Of a stretch of 64,000 nt of DNA, positions 17,882 to 27,257 are shown piece by piece; the stretch's first letter is position 1, and every line of letters begins with the position of its first letter. The stretch lies in the NCBI GenBank assembly GCA_046160105.1, contig JBJXGT010000036.1, positions 73,568-137,567 of the forward strand. The letters are read 5' to 3'. Source of the DNA: Gemmatimonadales bacterium (GTDB lineage: Bacteria; Gemmatimonadota; Gemmatimonadetes; Gemmatimonadales; GWC2-71-9). The notes under the pieces were generated by a model. The model was not told where the DNA came from. It was given only the letters and a program-made list of their open reading frames with translations, and searched no databases. A program made the translations under genes and the position numbers.

Positions 17882-19870
17882 ATGCGACCCATCCTGACCC
17901 TGGCACTTCTGGCATCGGCGGCGTTCGCCCAGACCCGGGTACCCACGCCCGCCGACCAGGTGGCGGCGGCCGTGTTGCCCCTCCCCGAGGCGTTGCGCGG
18001 GGGCGCCGGGGTCCGCGGGTATGACGAGTCGATGCGATTGGTCACCCTGCGGGAAACCACCAACGGGATGATCTGCACCGGGGATCGTCCCGGCGACGCC
18101 GAGTTCGATGTCCGTTGCTACGAGCGATCCTTCCTCCGGGCGATCGATCGACGCCGCGAGTTAGGCGCCAGCGGCGGGACCGGAACGCTGAGCAGTCCGG
18201 ACCCGCGGTTCGAGGAAGAGGTCAAGTCGGGCAAACTGCCCTTGCCGTCGTACCCGACCGCGGGGTATCGGATGCTGGGGCCGATCGGCGGCTACGATCC
18301 CGCGACGCGGGCCTGGACCGAGGAGATCGAGCGGTGGCAATCGGTTCACTTTCCGTTTCGGACCGCCGCGGAGATCGGGCTCCCGACCGAGCGGGAGGGC
18401 ACCACGCCCTTCGTGATGGCATCGGGCACCTGGTGGTCGCACGTCATGATCGTGCACACCGCCCCTCCGGCCGGCGAGACGGCGGCGACCGGGGGCCCAC
18501 GGCTCGGATCGCTGGTGTTTCCCAACTCGGGCGCGCCGGCGGCTCAGCCGGCGTTTCGCCGCGGCATGCTCTATCTCCACAGCTTCGAGTACGGGTCCGC
18601 GGCGACGGCCTTCCAGGAGGCGCAGCGGGTCGATCCCGGATTCGCCCTCGCGTACTGGGGCGAGGCGCTGACCCACACCCACCCGATCTGGAACGAACAG
18701 GACCTGGCTCAGGCTCGAGCGGTGCTCGCCCGGCTGGGACCCACGCCCGAGGCGCGTCTCGCGAAGGCCAGTACCCCGCGGGAAAAGGCCTATCTCGAAG
18801 CGATCGAGCGCCTCTACGGCGCGGGCGGCAAGGAGCACCGCGACACCCTCTTCGCCGAAGCGATGAGCCGAGTCGCTGCCGCCTATCCGAACGACGACGA
18901 AGCGCGCGCCTTCCATGCCCTCTCGCTGATGGGCCTCTCCCAGGGGGTTCGCGACGTCGCGACCTACATGCGCGCCGGGGCGATCGCGCTCGAGCTGCTG
19001 CAGCGGCAACCCGATCACCCGGGCGCGGCCCACTATGTGATTCACGCGTTCGACGATCCGGTGCACGCGGCGATCGGCCTGCCGGCCGCGCGGGCCTACT
19101 CGGCGATCGCGCCCGGGGCGGCGCATGCCCAGCACATGACGACCCACATCTTCCTGGCGCTCGGGATGTGGCCGGACGTCATCTCCCAGAATCGAATCGC
19201 GTCGGGGCCGGATCGGGCTCGCTGGCAGGCCGGCCACTACACCTATTGGCTCCACTACGGCCTGATGCAGGCGGGACACGGCGACTCGGCGGTCGCGCTG
19301 CTCGACGAGCTCCGGCGGAACGCGGGGCAGGGGGCGGATCTCAACCGTCGCGCCCACCTGGCCAGCGCCCGGGCCCAGCAGATCGTCAACGCCGAGCGGT
19401 GGAACGACCCGGCCCTCGCCTGGACCATCGATCTCGAGGATGCCGACCCGACGATGCGCGCGGTCGACTTATTTGCCCGTGGGTATGCGGCGACCCGGCG
19501 GGGGGATCTCGAGACCGCCGGGGCGGTGCACGCCCTGGCGGCCGCGCTGGAGACCGGGCCGGGCCTCCTCCAAGTTCCGGCGCTCCTGACCAAGCAACTC
19601 GGCGCGGCCATCGATCGGGCGGCGGGGCGCAAGGCCGACGCCGAGCGAGCGCTGCGGGACGTGGCCGCGGCGTCGGAGGGTCTGCCGATGGCGTTCGGGC
19701 CACCCGACTTCGTCAAGCCACCGTTCGAGATGCTCGGTGAATGGCTCCTCGAGGACGGCCGGCCGGATGCGGCCCGGGAGGCCTTCCGCCGCGCCCTCGG
19801 GCATATGCCGGGGCGGCGCCTGTCGATTCGCGGGCTGGGGCAAGCGGAACAGCGACTCGCGACCCAGTAG
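17882..19870 (+). CDS. Secreted hypothetical protein with C-terminal helical-repeat (TPR-like) region
   Basis: Track ORF starts at 17591; ATG 17882 gives the signal peptide MRPILTLALLASAAFAQ. The C-terminal ~400 aa are Ala/Leu-rich helical repeats. No catalytic motif recognised. Confidence 0.55.
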   Translation: MRPILTLALLASAAFAQTRVPTPADQVAAAVLPLPEALRGGAGVRGYDESMRLVTLRETTNGMICTGDRPGDAEFDVRCYERSFLRAIDRRRELGASGGTGTLSSPDPRFEEEVKSGKLPLPSYPTAGYRMLGPIGGYDPATRAWTEEIERWQSVHFPFRTAAEIGLPTEREGTTPFVMASGTWWSHVMIVHTAPPAGETAATGGPRLGSLVFPNSGAPAAQPAFRRGMLYLHSFEYGSAATAFQEAQRVDPGFALAYWGEALTHTHPIWNEQDLAQARAVLARLGPTPEARLAKASTPREKAYLEAIERLYGAGGKEHRDTLFAEAMSRVAAAYPNDDEARAFHALSLMGLSQGVRDVATYMRAGAIALELLQRQPDHPGAAHYVIHAFDDPVHAAIGLPAARAYSAIAPGAAHAQHMTTHIFLALGMWPDVISQNRIASGPDRARWQAGHYTYWLHYGLMQAGHGDSAVALLDELRRNAGQGADLNRRAHLASARAQQIVNAERWNDPALAWTIDLEDADPTMRAVDLFARGYAATRRGDLETAGAVHALAAALETGPGLLQVPALLTKQLGAAIDRAAGRKADAERALRDVAAASEGLPMAFGPPDFVKPPFEMLGEWLLEDGRPDAAREAFRRALGHMPGRRLSIRGLGQAEQRLATQ

Positions 19871-19898
19871 GCCCACCACCGTTGCGAGAACCGGTCCG

Positions 19899-19927
19899 AG
19901 CGGGGAAATTGTCTGGACACCCCCGCT
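19899..19927 (+). terminator. Hairpin (AGCGGGG / CCCCGCT stem, 15-nt loop) followed by GGAGTTTTCG
   Basis: The 7-bp G/C stem is read directly from the sequence. It sits between the TPR-like stop (19870) and the next ATG (19938). The trailing GGAG may be the downstream gene's SD, so its role as a terminator or attenuator is uncertain. Confidence 0.25.
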
Positions 19928-19937
19928 GGAGTTTTCG

Positions 19938-20924
19938 ATGCGTCCCATTCTCGCGATCGTCGCGGGTTCCCTGCTCATCACCGGCTGCGCCAGGACCCCG
20001 GTGCCCGCCGCCAGCACCCCGAAGAGTCTGGCGGAAGACCTCACCGGCCAGCTCGACGCCCTGACCGCGAAGAGCTCGGCCTACGCCAAGCACCTTCCGT
20101 CCGGCAAGACGTTCGAAGTCCGCGCCGATCAGCCGATGAACACCCTGAGCGTGATCAAGATTCCGGTCATGATTCAGGCCTTCCGCGATGCCGAAGCCGG
20201 GCGGCTCAAACTCACCGACCGTTACCAGATTCGCCCCGAAGATCTCCGCCGCGGGAGCGGGCTCATCCAGACCTTCGACGTCGGGTTGGCGCCGACCTAT
20301 CGCGACCTGATCGAGCAGATGATCATCACCAGCGACAACACCGCCACCGACATCCTGATCAAGACGGTGGGGCTCGACCGAGTCAACGCGATGCTGACCG
20401 AGTTCGGCTACCAGGCGACCCGGCTGCAGTGGCGCACCGCCGATCTCTTCAAGGCCGTCTGGGTCACCACCGACTCGGCCAACGCGAAGATGACCGATCG
20501 GGAGGTGTTCGAACGGGGCTTTCCGAGAGGAACCAACTCGGGCCCGAACGTCGGTTTCAAGATCGAGGGGGACTCGGCCCTCTGGCTCGGCCGCACCACG
20601 GCCAAGGACATGGCCCGGATGCTGGAGGACATTCTCAACGGGAAGCTCGCCTCGAAAGAGCACAGCGAGCAGATGGTGGAGATCCTCAAGCGGCAGTTCT
20701 ACAGCTCGCGGCTGCCCCGGTTCCTGCAGTGGCGGTCGCCGGTGGAGGTCGCCCACAAGACGGGTGACTGGCCGCCGTTCGCCGCCAACGACGTCGGGAT
20801 CCTCTTCTACGAAGGTGGGCCGACCGTCGTCTCGGTGTTCACCAATCAGAGCACCGGCGACTTTCTCGAGGTCGAGTCCGCGATCGGCCGGATCGCCGAG
20901 CGGCTGGTCAACGAATGGAAGTAG
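19938..20924 (+). CDS. Class A beta-lactamase-related serine hydrolase (lipoprotein)
   Basis: Track ORF starts at 19737; ATG 19938 gives MRPILAIVAGSLLITGC (lipobox). Motifs SVIK (SxxK), SDN and HKTG (KTG). No clear ExxLN omega-loop motif. Confidence 0.75.
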   Translation: MRPILAIVAGSLLITGCARTPVPAASTPKSLAEDLTGQLDALTAKSSAYAKHLPSGKTFEVRADQPMNTLSVIKIPVMIQAFRDAEAGRLKLTDRYQIRPEDLRRGSGLIQTFDVGLAPTYRDLIEQMIITSDNTATDILIKTVGLDRVNAMLTEFGYQATRLQWRTADLFKAVWVTTDSANAKMTDREVFERGFPRGTNSGPNVGFKIEGDSALWLGRTTAKDMARMLEDILNGKLASKEHSEQMVEILKRQFYSSRLPRFLQWRSPVEVAHKTGDWPPFAANDVGILFYEGGPTVVSVFTNQSTGDFLEVESAIGRIAERLVNEWK

Positions 20925-22453
20925 GAGTGCCGGCGCCGAGCTCACCGCCCGGGTGGTCTCGGCGTGATTTCTTGGGCGCGGCGGTCGGGGCCGGACTCGC
21001 GGGTTGGGAGGGAGCGTCTGCCGGCCTCGGGGGTAGCGATGCGGGCGGTGGTGCGGTCGCAGTTCGGCGAACCACCCGGTCGGCCGACCTGACTGCGTTG
21101 GCGGACGAACTGGTGACCAAGCACCGAATTCCCGGGGCACTGGTCGGCACGCTCCAGAGAGGCGAAGTCTCGTTCGGCGCGGCCGGAGTCGCCAATCTGA
21201 ACACTGGTCTCCCGATGACGGAGGACACCGGCTTCTTGACCGGATCGATCACCAAGGTCTGGACCTCGACCCTGGTAATGACCTTCGTCGACGACGGCAC
21301 CATCGATCTCGATCGGCCGGTGAGCGGATATCTCCCCCACTTTCGATGGGCGGGCGGCGCGATCACCACCCGGCAGCTGCTCAATCACTCCAGCGGGCTC
21401 GACGCGGGGGATTATCTCCTCGAGTTGGGGGCTGGGCCCGAAGCGCACCGCCGGTATGCGGACCTGTTGACTCGGGTCGACGCGATCCACCGCCCGGGCG
21501 CCTATTCCTCGTACTGCAACGGTGGGTTCATTCTGGCGGGGCACTTGATCGAGTATTTGACCGGGAAGAGCTTCGATCAGCTGCTGCGCGAGCGGGTCAT
21601 CGGCCCATTGGGCCTCGAGCGCACGGTGACCAGCGCGGACGAGGCCATCCTTCATCGCACCGCGGTCGGGAGTCTCCCCGATCCCGAGCGACCGGGTGCC
21701 CATCGGGTCACCCCGAAGTTCCTGCTCCCGAGGTCGGCGGCTCCGGCCGGGGCCACCCTCATTACCACCCTCGCCGACCAGTTGGAGTTCGCCGCGATGC
21801 ATCTCGGCGCCGGCCGGGGTCGCCGCGGCACTCGGGTCCTGAGCGAGGCAAGCGCCGGGGCAATGGCCACGCGGACGATCGGTCGGCCGGTCGGGAGCGG
21901 CGGCTTCGGGTTGGGCTGGGGGGTGTCCGGGCTACCCGGCGCGATCCGGCTCTCCCACAGCGGTGGATCGAATGGCGGGATCGCCCAGCTGGTCGTGATC
22001 CCCGGAGATCAGTTCGCCTTCGCCTCCTTCGCCAATTCCAGCTCGAGTTATGGGTTCCACGCCGAGTTGCAGCAGCGGGTGATGGCCACCGCGGGTTCGA
22101 ATCGGCCGGCGAGCCCGCCTCGACCGGAGGTCGTGGCCAAGCCAGCCGCGCTGGAGTCGCGGTTGGTGCTGGGGCGGTATCGGCGGATGTCGCAATGGAT
22201 CAGCATCGAGGCCGAGGGCAGCCGGCTGGTCGCTGAAGTCACGGTGGTACCCGAGGAGTTCCACGGCAGCGAGGTCTACAACTTGGGTCAGAAGAGGCGG
22301 TTCGAGGTGATCCCCACGGGGCCATCGCAGCTTGCGTCGGTCGAGCCGGTGCTGCTCGGCCAGACGATGACCTTCGATTTCTTCGATCCCGCCGCCGACG
22401 GGAGGTTCGGTCGGGTCTATTCGGCCGGTCGGCTGTCGCGCCGGGCGGAGTGA
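20915..22453 (+). CDS. Beta-lactamase-fold serine hydrolase (class C / PBP-like) with Tat-type signal
   Basis: 512 aa. SRRDFLGAAVGAG twin-arginine motif and GSITKVWT (SxxK). Overlaps the previous gene by 10 nt. Confidence 0.8.
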   Translation: MEVGVPAPSSPPGWSRRDFLGAAVGAGLAGWEGASAGLGGSDAGGGAVAVRRTTRSADLTALADELVTKHRIPGALVGTLQRGEVSFGAAGVANLNTGLPMTEDTGFLTGSITKVWTSTLVMTFVDDGTIDLDRPVSGYLPHFRWAGGAITTRQLLNHSSGLDAGDYLLELGAGPEAHRRYADLLTRVDAIHRPGAYSSYCNGGFILAGHLIEYLTGKSFDQLLRERVIGPLGLERTVTSADEAILHRTAVGSLPDPERPGAHRVTPKFLLPRSAAPAGATLITTLADQLEFAAMHLGAGRGRRGTRVLSEASAGAMATRTIGRPVGSGGFGLGWGVSGLPGAIRLSHSGGSNGGIAQLVVIPGDQFAFASFANSSSSYGFHAELQQRVMATAGSNRPASPPRPEVVAKPAALESRLVLGRYRRMSQWISIEAEGSRLVAEVTVVPEEFHGSEVYNLGQKRRFEVIPTGPSQLASVEPVLLGQTMTFDFFDPAADGRFGRVYSAGRLSRRAE

Positions 22454-22454
22454 C

Positions 22455-23432
22455 TCAGCGGGTGGCGGCGATCGACCGGAGAAAGCTGGCGACTTCGGTC
22501 CACACCGTGTCGCCCCGGGCGATCGACGAGTAGTGATCGCCCCCCTCGATCTTGAGGTACCGCGCGCCGGCGATTCGGGTCGCGGCGCGGTCGCCGTGCT
22601 CGATCGGGGCGTTGCGGTCCAGGGTGCCGTGGACGATCAGGGTCGGGGTCGTGATCGATTCGAAACCGGCGAAGTCGAACTGGCCGAAGGTCGCCCGATC
22701 GTTGAGGTAACCCGCCCACCGCTGCGCGGTCGGGAACCGAAACCAGGCCAGCTCGAAGAACCGGTCGAGCAGAGCGGGCGACTCCGCCAGCCGTTTCTTG
22801 GTGTCGGGGCTGAAGATCGGGGAGTCCAACGCCTTGGTCCCGGACCGCTCCAGTTGCCGCAGCTGCCACCAGGCCGAGAATTCCGCGCCGAGAATCTTGT
22901 CGCCCCAGGTGGCCGCCGGCGGTGGCGTGGGTGGCTGAGCCTTAGGCCCGGACAGGGCGGCGACGAGGACCAGGCCGTGGACCCGGTCGGGGTGGCGGGC
23001 CGCCAGCTCGAGCGCCGACGGACCCCCGCCGGAGATGCCTAACACCGCCACCCGGGGGAGCCGGAGCGAGTCCAGCAGGACCACCATGGCCTCGGCCTGC
23101 TCGGCCGGGGTGGTTCCGGTCGCCAGCGGGGTCCGGAGGTAACCCGGGCGCGACACGGCGATGATCGCGAAACCCCGATCCGCCAGGTCACGGCCCACCT
23201 TCAAGGCCTGATCGTACCCGCCGAACGATCCCGGGAGCACCAGCACCGGAGGGCCGTCGCCCGCCCGGGCAAACTCGATCGGGCCCTGCGCCGTGGTGGT
23301 GACGGTGCTGCCCGTCGCCAAGGCCCGCAGCCGAGCTCGCTTGGACAGCTGAAAGGTGGTCAGCGCGGCCAGGTATCCGGCGCCGGCGGTGATCATCACC
23401 GCCGGGCCGAGCAGCCGGAGCCAGCGAGGCAC
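22455..23432 (-). CDS. Alpha/beta hydrolase, membrane anchored
   Basis: 325 aa. The start at 23432 is GTG; ATG 23396 is an alternative. N-terminal TM segment and GISGGG nucleophile-elbow motif. Confidence 0.75.
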   Translation of the reverse strand: MPRWLRLLGPAVMITAGAGYLAALTTFQLSKRARLRALATGSTVTTTAQGPIEFARAGDGPPVLVLPGSFGGYDQALKVGRDLADRGFAIIAVSRPGYLRTPLATGTTPAEQAEAMVVLLDSLRLPRVAVLGISGGGPSALELAARHPDRVHGLVLVAALSGPKAQPPTPPPAATWGDKILGAEFSAWWQLRQLERSGTKALDSPIFSPDTKKRLAESPALLDRFFELAWFRFPTAQRWAGYLNDRATFGQFDFAGFESITTPTLIVHGTLDRNAPIEHGDRAATRIAGARYLKIEGGDHYSSIARGDTVWTEVASFLRSIAATR

Positions 23433-23438
23433 CGGTGC

Positions 23439-24098
23439 CTATTTGGGTTGGGGCGCCACCCGCAGGTAGGGCTTGAGCGTCTTCCACCCGCCGGGGAACT
23501 TCTTCTTGGCGTCCTCGTCGGACACCGAGGTCGGAATGATGATGTCCTCCCCGGGGCGCCAGTTGACCGGCGTCGCCACGGTGTGTTTGGCGGTCAGCTG
23601 GATCGAGTCGAGTGCCCGAAGCACCTCGTCGAAGTTCCGCCCGGTCGACATCGGATAGATCAACATCAATTTGATCTTCTTGTCCGGGCCGATCAGGAAG
23701 ACGGTTCGCACCGTCTGGTTGGTGGCCGCGGTCCGCCCCTCGCAGGAATCCCCGGCGTCGCCTGGGAGCATGTCGTAGAGTTTGGCCACGGCGAGGGTCG
23801 GATCGCCGATCATCGGATAGCCCACCCGATGTCCTTGGGTCTCGGCGATGTCGTCGGCCCACTTGCCGTGACTGGCGATCGGGTCCACGCTCAGTCCGAT
23901 GATCTTGCAGCCGCGTCGCTCGAACTCGGGTTCGATACCGGCCATGTAGCCGAGCTCGGTGGTGCAGACCGGGGTGAAGTCCTTGGGGTGGGAGAACAGC
24001 ATGGCCCAGCCATCACCTATCCACTCGTGGAAGCGGATCGGGCCTTGGGTGGTCTCGGCGGTGAAGTCGGGGGCGGTGTCGTTGATTCGCAGGGTCAT
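23439..24098 (-). CDS. Peroxiredoxin (1-Cys / Prx6-like)
   Basis: Track ORF extends to 24131; ATG 24098 gives MTLRINDTAPDFTAETTQGPIRFHEW.. The FSHPKDFTPVCTTELG peroxidatic-Cys motif is present. Confidence 0.9.
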   Translation of the reverse strand: MTLRINDTAPDFTAETTQGPIRFHEWIGDGWAMLFSHPKDFTPVCTTELGYMAGIEPEFERRGCKIIGLSVDPIASHGKWADDIAETQGHRVGYPMIGDPTLAVAKLYDMLPGDAGDSCEGRTAATNQTVRTVFLIGPDKKIKLMLIYPMSTGRNFDEVLRALDSIQLTAKHTVATPVNWRPGEDIIIPTSVSDEDAKKKFPGGWKTLKPYLRVAPQPK

Positions 24099-24211
24099 GG
24101 GGTACGCTCCGTGGTGGTCTCTTGGTGCCAATCTAGCAGCGGAATATCGGCGGCGTTATCCTCAGGGGCCCCGCAGGTCCAGGAACGGGCCCCGTCCTCG
24201 CCAAGGATCCC

Positions 24212-25342
24212 ATGTCCCCCAATCGCCTCGCCCTCGTGGCCCTGCTCGTCTCCGCGGGCTGCGCACCGGCGCCCACTTCGGCCCCGCCCGCCGCCGCCAC
24301 GGCCGCCACGCCTTGGACGCTGACCGCGGTCGCTCCCGATACCACCGACGGGATCCGGATCCTGATCCTCCACGACATGGAGGGCCTGTCGGGCCAGGGA
24401 AACCCCACCACCTTCGACTTCGGAACCCCGCGCTACCCGGAAGGCCAGCAGCTATTGGTCGGCGACATCAACGCGGTGGTCGAGGGTCTCTATGCCGGCG
24501 GGGCCACCGAGGTTCGGGTGGTCGATGGCCACGGCAGCGGCAACCCCGACCCGGACGTGCGTACCGACCTCCTCGACAAACGCGCCACCCAGATCCTCCG
24601 CGACGACGACTTCGACGGCTATTTCGGGGTCCCGGAATTCGAGCGATTCGACGCGGTGGCGGTGGTCGGGATGCACGCCAAGACCGGATCCCGCGGCTTC
24701 GCTTCGCACACTTTCACTCTCGGTATCGGGATCGCGATCAACGGTCAGTTCGTGACCGAGACCGAGCTGGTTGGCCTGTCGTGGGGGCGGGTCGGTGTGC
24801 CGGTGATCTTCGGATCCGGTGACGATCGCCTGGCGGCCGACTTGGCGACCATGCCTTGGATCGAGTTCGCCACCGTGAAGACCGCGCTGGCGGCCGACAG
24901 CGCGGCGCCTCGCCCGATCGAGCAGGCTCGGGCCGATTTGACCGCCAAAGCGAAGCGGGCGGTCGAGAACCTCAAGGGCGGCAAGGCCCAGTCGATGCAG
25001 GCGACCTTGCCGCTGCGAGTCGGGCTCCGGGCCGTGCCGCCCGCCAACCTGTCTCACCTCGCGGGGCTGCCCGGTATCCAGTACGCCGACAGCACGGCGA
25101 CCGTGGGGGTCGACAGCCTCAAGCATGGCTACGATGTGCTGATTACCCTGGTCGGGATCGCGACCCGGGAATACACTCGGCTGCTGACCCGGGCGCTTCG
25201 GGACCGTCCCGATGGACCGGCCATCATGGAGGCGTTCGGAGGCCGGGTCAGCCAAACCTGGTTCGACTACGAGTCGGGGCGGTGGAAGGCACCGCCGCCC
25301 CCGCCCCCGCCCGCCCCTCGTAAGCACCACGGCTACCAGTAG
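24212..25342 (+). CDS. M55 family metallopeptidase (DppA-like D-aminopeptidase), lipoprotein
   Basis: 376 aa. Lipobox LLVSAGC. ILILHDMEGLSG resembles the N-terminus of peptidase M55. Confidence 0.7.
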   Translation: MSPNRLALVALLVSAGCAPAPTSAPPAAATAATPWTLTAVAPDTTDGIRILILHDMEGLSGQGNPTTFDFGTPRYPEGQQLLVGDINAVVEGLYAGGATEVRVVDGHGSGNPDPDVRTDLLDKRATQILRDDDFDGYFGVPEFERFDAVAVVGMHAKTGSRGFASHTFTLGIGIAINGQFVTETELVGLSWGRVGVPVIFGSGDDRLAADLATMPWIEFATVKTALAADSAAPRPIEQARADLTAKAKRAVENLKGGKAQSMQATLPLRVGLRAVPPANLSHLAGLPGIQYADSTATVGVDSLKHGYDVLITLVGIATREYTRLLTRALRDRPDGPAIMEAFGGRVSQTWFDYESGRWKAPPPPPPPAPRKHHGYQ

Positions 25343-25369
25343 GGCGGCGGCGGGGATCCGGAGGACGCG

Positions 25370-26305
25370 ATGCGGCCGATTCGCTACCACGAAGGACAGC
25401 GTGCCGTGCAGCGGGAGGCGAACTCGATCCCCTGCGCCGACAAGCTGGCCACCTGGGTCGGCCCCGTAGTCCAGTTCGCCACTGTCGCCGATCTGATCGT
25501 GCTGGCCAATCTCGACGCCGGCGGCTTTCGGGTTGCGGCGCTGTCCGGCCCGGCCCCACTGGTCGAGGCGCGTGAGGAGGGTGACGAGATCGTGCTCGGG
25601 CTCCCCGCCGTGGTGGCGACCAAGCTTCCGGTGGGGGGCCTCGCGGGTGGCATCGCGATGAAACCGATCGAGGCCCGCCGGGCCCGCCTCGGCGGCCGGC
25701 TGGCTCGGGCCGGTGATCGGTGTGAGCTCCGGTGCTCGGTGGCCTTCTCCAATTGCCGGAAGTACATCGCGCCGACGATCACCACCGGGACCGCCGCTCT
25801 GCTCGGGCCGGCGACCGAGACCCCGATCGAACTCGGCGATCCGTGGGTCGCGAGCACGATCGCGGGGGCCGAGCTGGCGTTCCTGGTGACCGCGACCCCC
25901 GACGGCGCGGCCGATGTTTCGCACCGCGGGGGTCAGCCCGGGTTCCTTCGGTTCGACGCCGGCGCGAAATCGATCGGCTGGACCGAGTATCTCGGCGACG
26001 GAATGTTCGTCAGCACCGGGAACCTGCGTGCCAACGGTCGCTTCGCCCTCCTGGTGGTGGACCTGGCCACTGGCGACGCGCTCCGACTGGACGGAGAGGC
26101 CCAGTATGCCAACCTCCGCGCCGATCGAAAGACCCGCGTCGACGCGTTGATTCAGGCGGGCGAACCGTTCCCGGTGCAGGGGCAGCTCACCGCTCGAATC
26201 ACGGCGGCCAGCCGGCTCGGCAAGTTGTGCCATCCCCGCGAGCGACGGGCCGACCGCGGCAAGATCAACTCGACCGATTCGACCCAGGTGCAACACCCCC
26301 AGTAA
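25370..26305 (+). CDS. Pyridoxamine 5'-phosphate oxidase-like FMN-binding split-barrel family protein
   Basis: 311 aa. MRPIRYHEGQRAVQ.. and ..FLVTATPDGAADVSHRGGQPGFLRF.. resemble PNPOx-like proteins. Confidence 0.6.
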   Translation: MRPIRYHEGQRAVQREANSIPCADKLATWVGPVVQFATVADLIVLANLDAGGFRVAALSGPAPLVEAREEGDEIVLGLPAVVATKLPVGGLAGGIAMKPIEARRARLGGRLARAGDRCELRCSVAFSNCRKYIAPTITTGTAALLGPATETPIELGDPWVASTIAGAELAFLVTATPDGAADVSHRGGQPGFLRFDAGAKSIGWTEYLGDGMFVSTGNLRANGRFALLVVDLATGDALRLDGEAQYANLRADRKTRVDALIQAGEPFPVQGQLTARITAASRLGKLCHPRERRADRGKINSTDSTQVQHPQ

Positions 26306-26308
26306 GTC

Positions 26309-27193
26309 CTACGAGTGGAGCGGCGAGTCCACCACCCGGACGATCAGCACGGTGACGTTGTCGGACCCGCCGCCGGCGAGGGCGTCGTCGACGAGTTGGC
26401 GGCAGCCGTCCTGAGATGAACGCATGGTCAGCAGCCGCTGGCGGATCTGCTCGTCGGTGACGTGCTTGGTCAAGCCGTCGGTGCACAGCAAGAGGATGTC
26501 GCCCCGACTGAGGTGGTGCTGGGAGACCTCCGGGGCGGCGCCCCGGCCGATCGCGCTCGAGAGCACGTTGCGAAACGGTGACCGCTCGATGTCACTGGGC
26601 TTGATCACGCCGCTGTCGGCCAGGGCCTGGGCCATGGTCTGGTCGCGGGAAAGCTGAACCAGTTCGCCTCCGCGGAGGAGGTAACACCGGCTGTCACCGA
26701 CTTGGAGGAGGAAGAACCGTGGCCACACCGCGAGGCCGAGGGTCAGGGTGGTGGCCATCCTGTCGAGGCCGATCTCGCGGGCTCGGGCGGTGACGGTGTC
26801 GTGGCAGGCTCGGGCGGCGGCCTGGAGCTCGTTCAAGAAGGCGTCATCGTCGCCATGGTTGGCGCGATAGTAGCACTGCATGGTCTGGTTGACGTAGGCC
26901 GTCAATGTCTCGATCGTGGTCCGGCTCGCCGCCTCGCCTCCGTCGCCGCCGCCCACGCCATCCGCCACCATGGTGACCGAGGCGAGGCGTTCACTCAAGG
27001 TCTCGAGTGCCTCCGGCGCCGCCAAACTGGTGGTCCGAACTCGAATCGTCTTGTGGAGGGTACCGAACAGGAAGTGGTCTTGGTTCTTCTTGCGAACCTT
27101 GCCGATATCGGTGAGGCCGGCCGCATCGAGTTCGTCGTCCCGTGGTTTGGTCTCGATCGCCGGGATGATTTCGGATTGCCTGGCTTGGGACAT
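26309..27193 (-). CDS. PP2C-family serine/threonine phosphatase
   Basis: The track start at 27238 is TTG. ATG 27193 is preceded by GAGGAGG. Motifs GKVRKKNQDHF, MVADGVGG and GGSDNVTVLIV. Confidence 0.85.
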   Translation of the reverse strand: MSQARQSEIIPAIETKPRDDELDAAGLTDIGKVRKKNQDHFLFGTLHKTIRVRTTSLAAPEALETLSERLASVTMVADGVGGGDGGEAASRTTIETLTAYVNQTMQCYYRANHGDDDAFLNELQAAARACHDTVTARAREIGLDRMATTLTLGLAVWPRFFLLQVGDSRCYLLRGGELVQLSRDQTMAQALADSGVIKPSDIERSPFRNVLSSAIGRGAAPEVSQHHLSRGDILLLCTDGLTKHVTDEQIRQRLLTMRSSQDGCRQLVDDALAGGGSDNVTVLIVRVVDSPLHS

Positions 27194-27257
27194 CGCCGCC
27201 TCCTCAGGCCAAGATAGCCCGGCTCCGGGAAGAGGCAAACTGGCGGCCCTGACGCTC

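Noticed and set aside
24157-24195. Inverted repeat GGGGCCC-N15-GGGCCCC in the peroxiredoxin/M55 divergent spacer as a possible OxyR/PerR-type operator
   Set aside because: A G/C-only 7-bp stem is expected fairly often by chance at this base composition, and it does not resemble known peroxide-regulator boxes.
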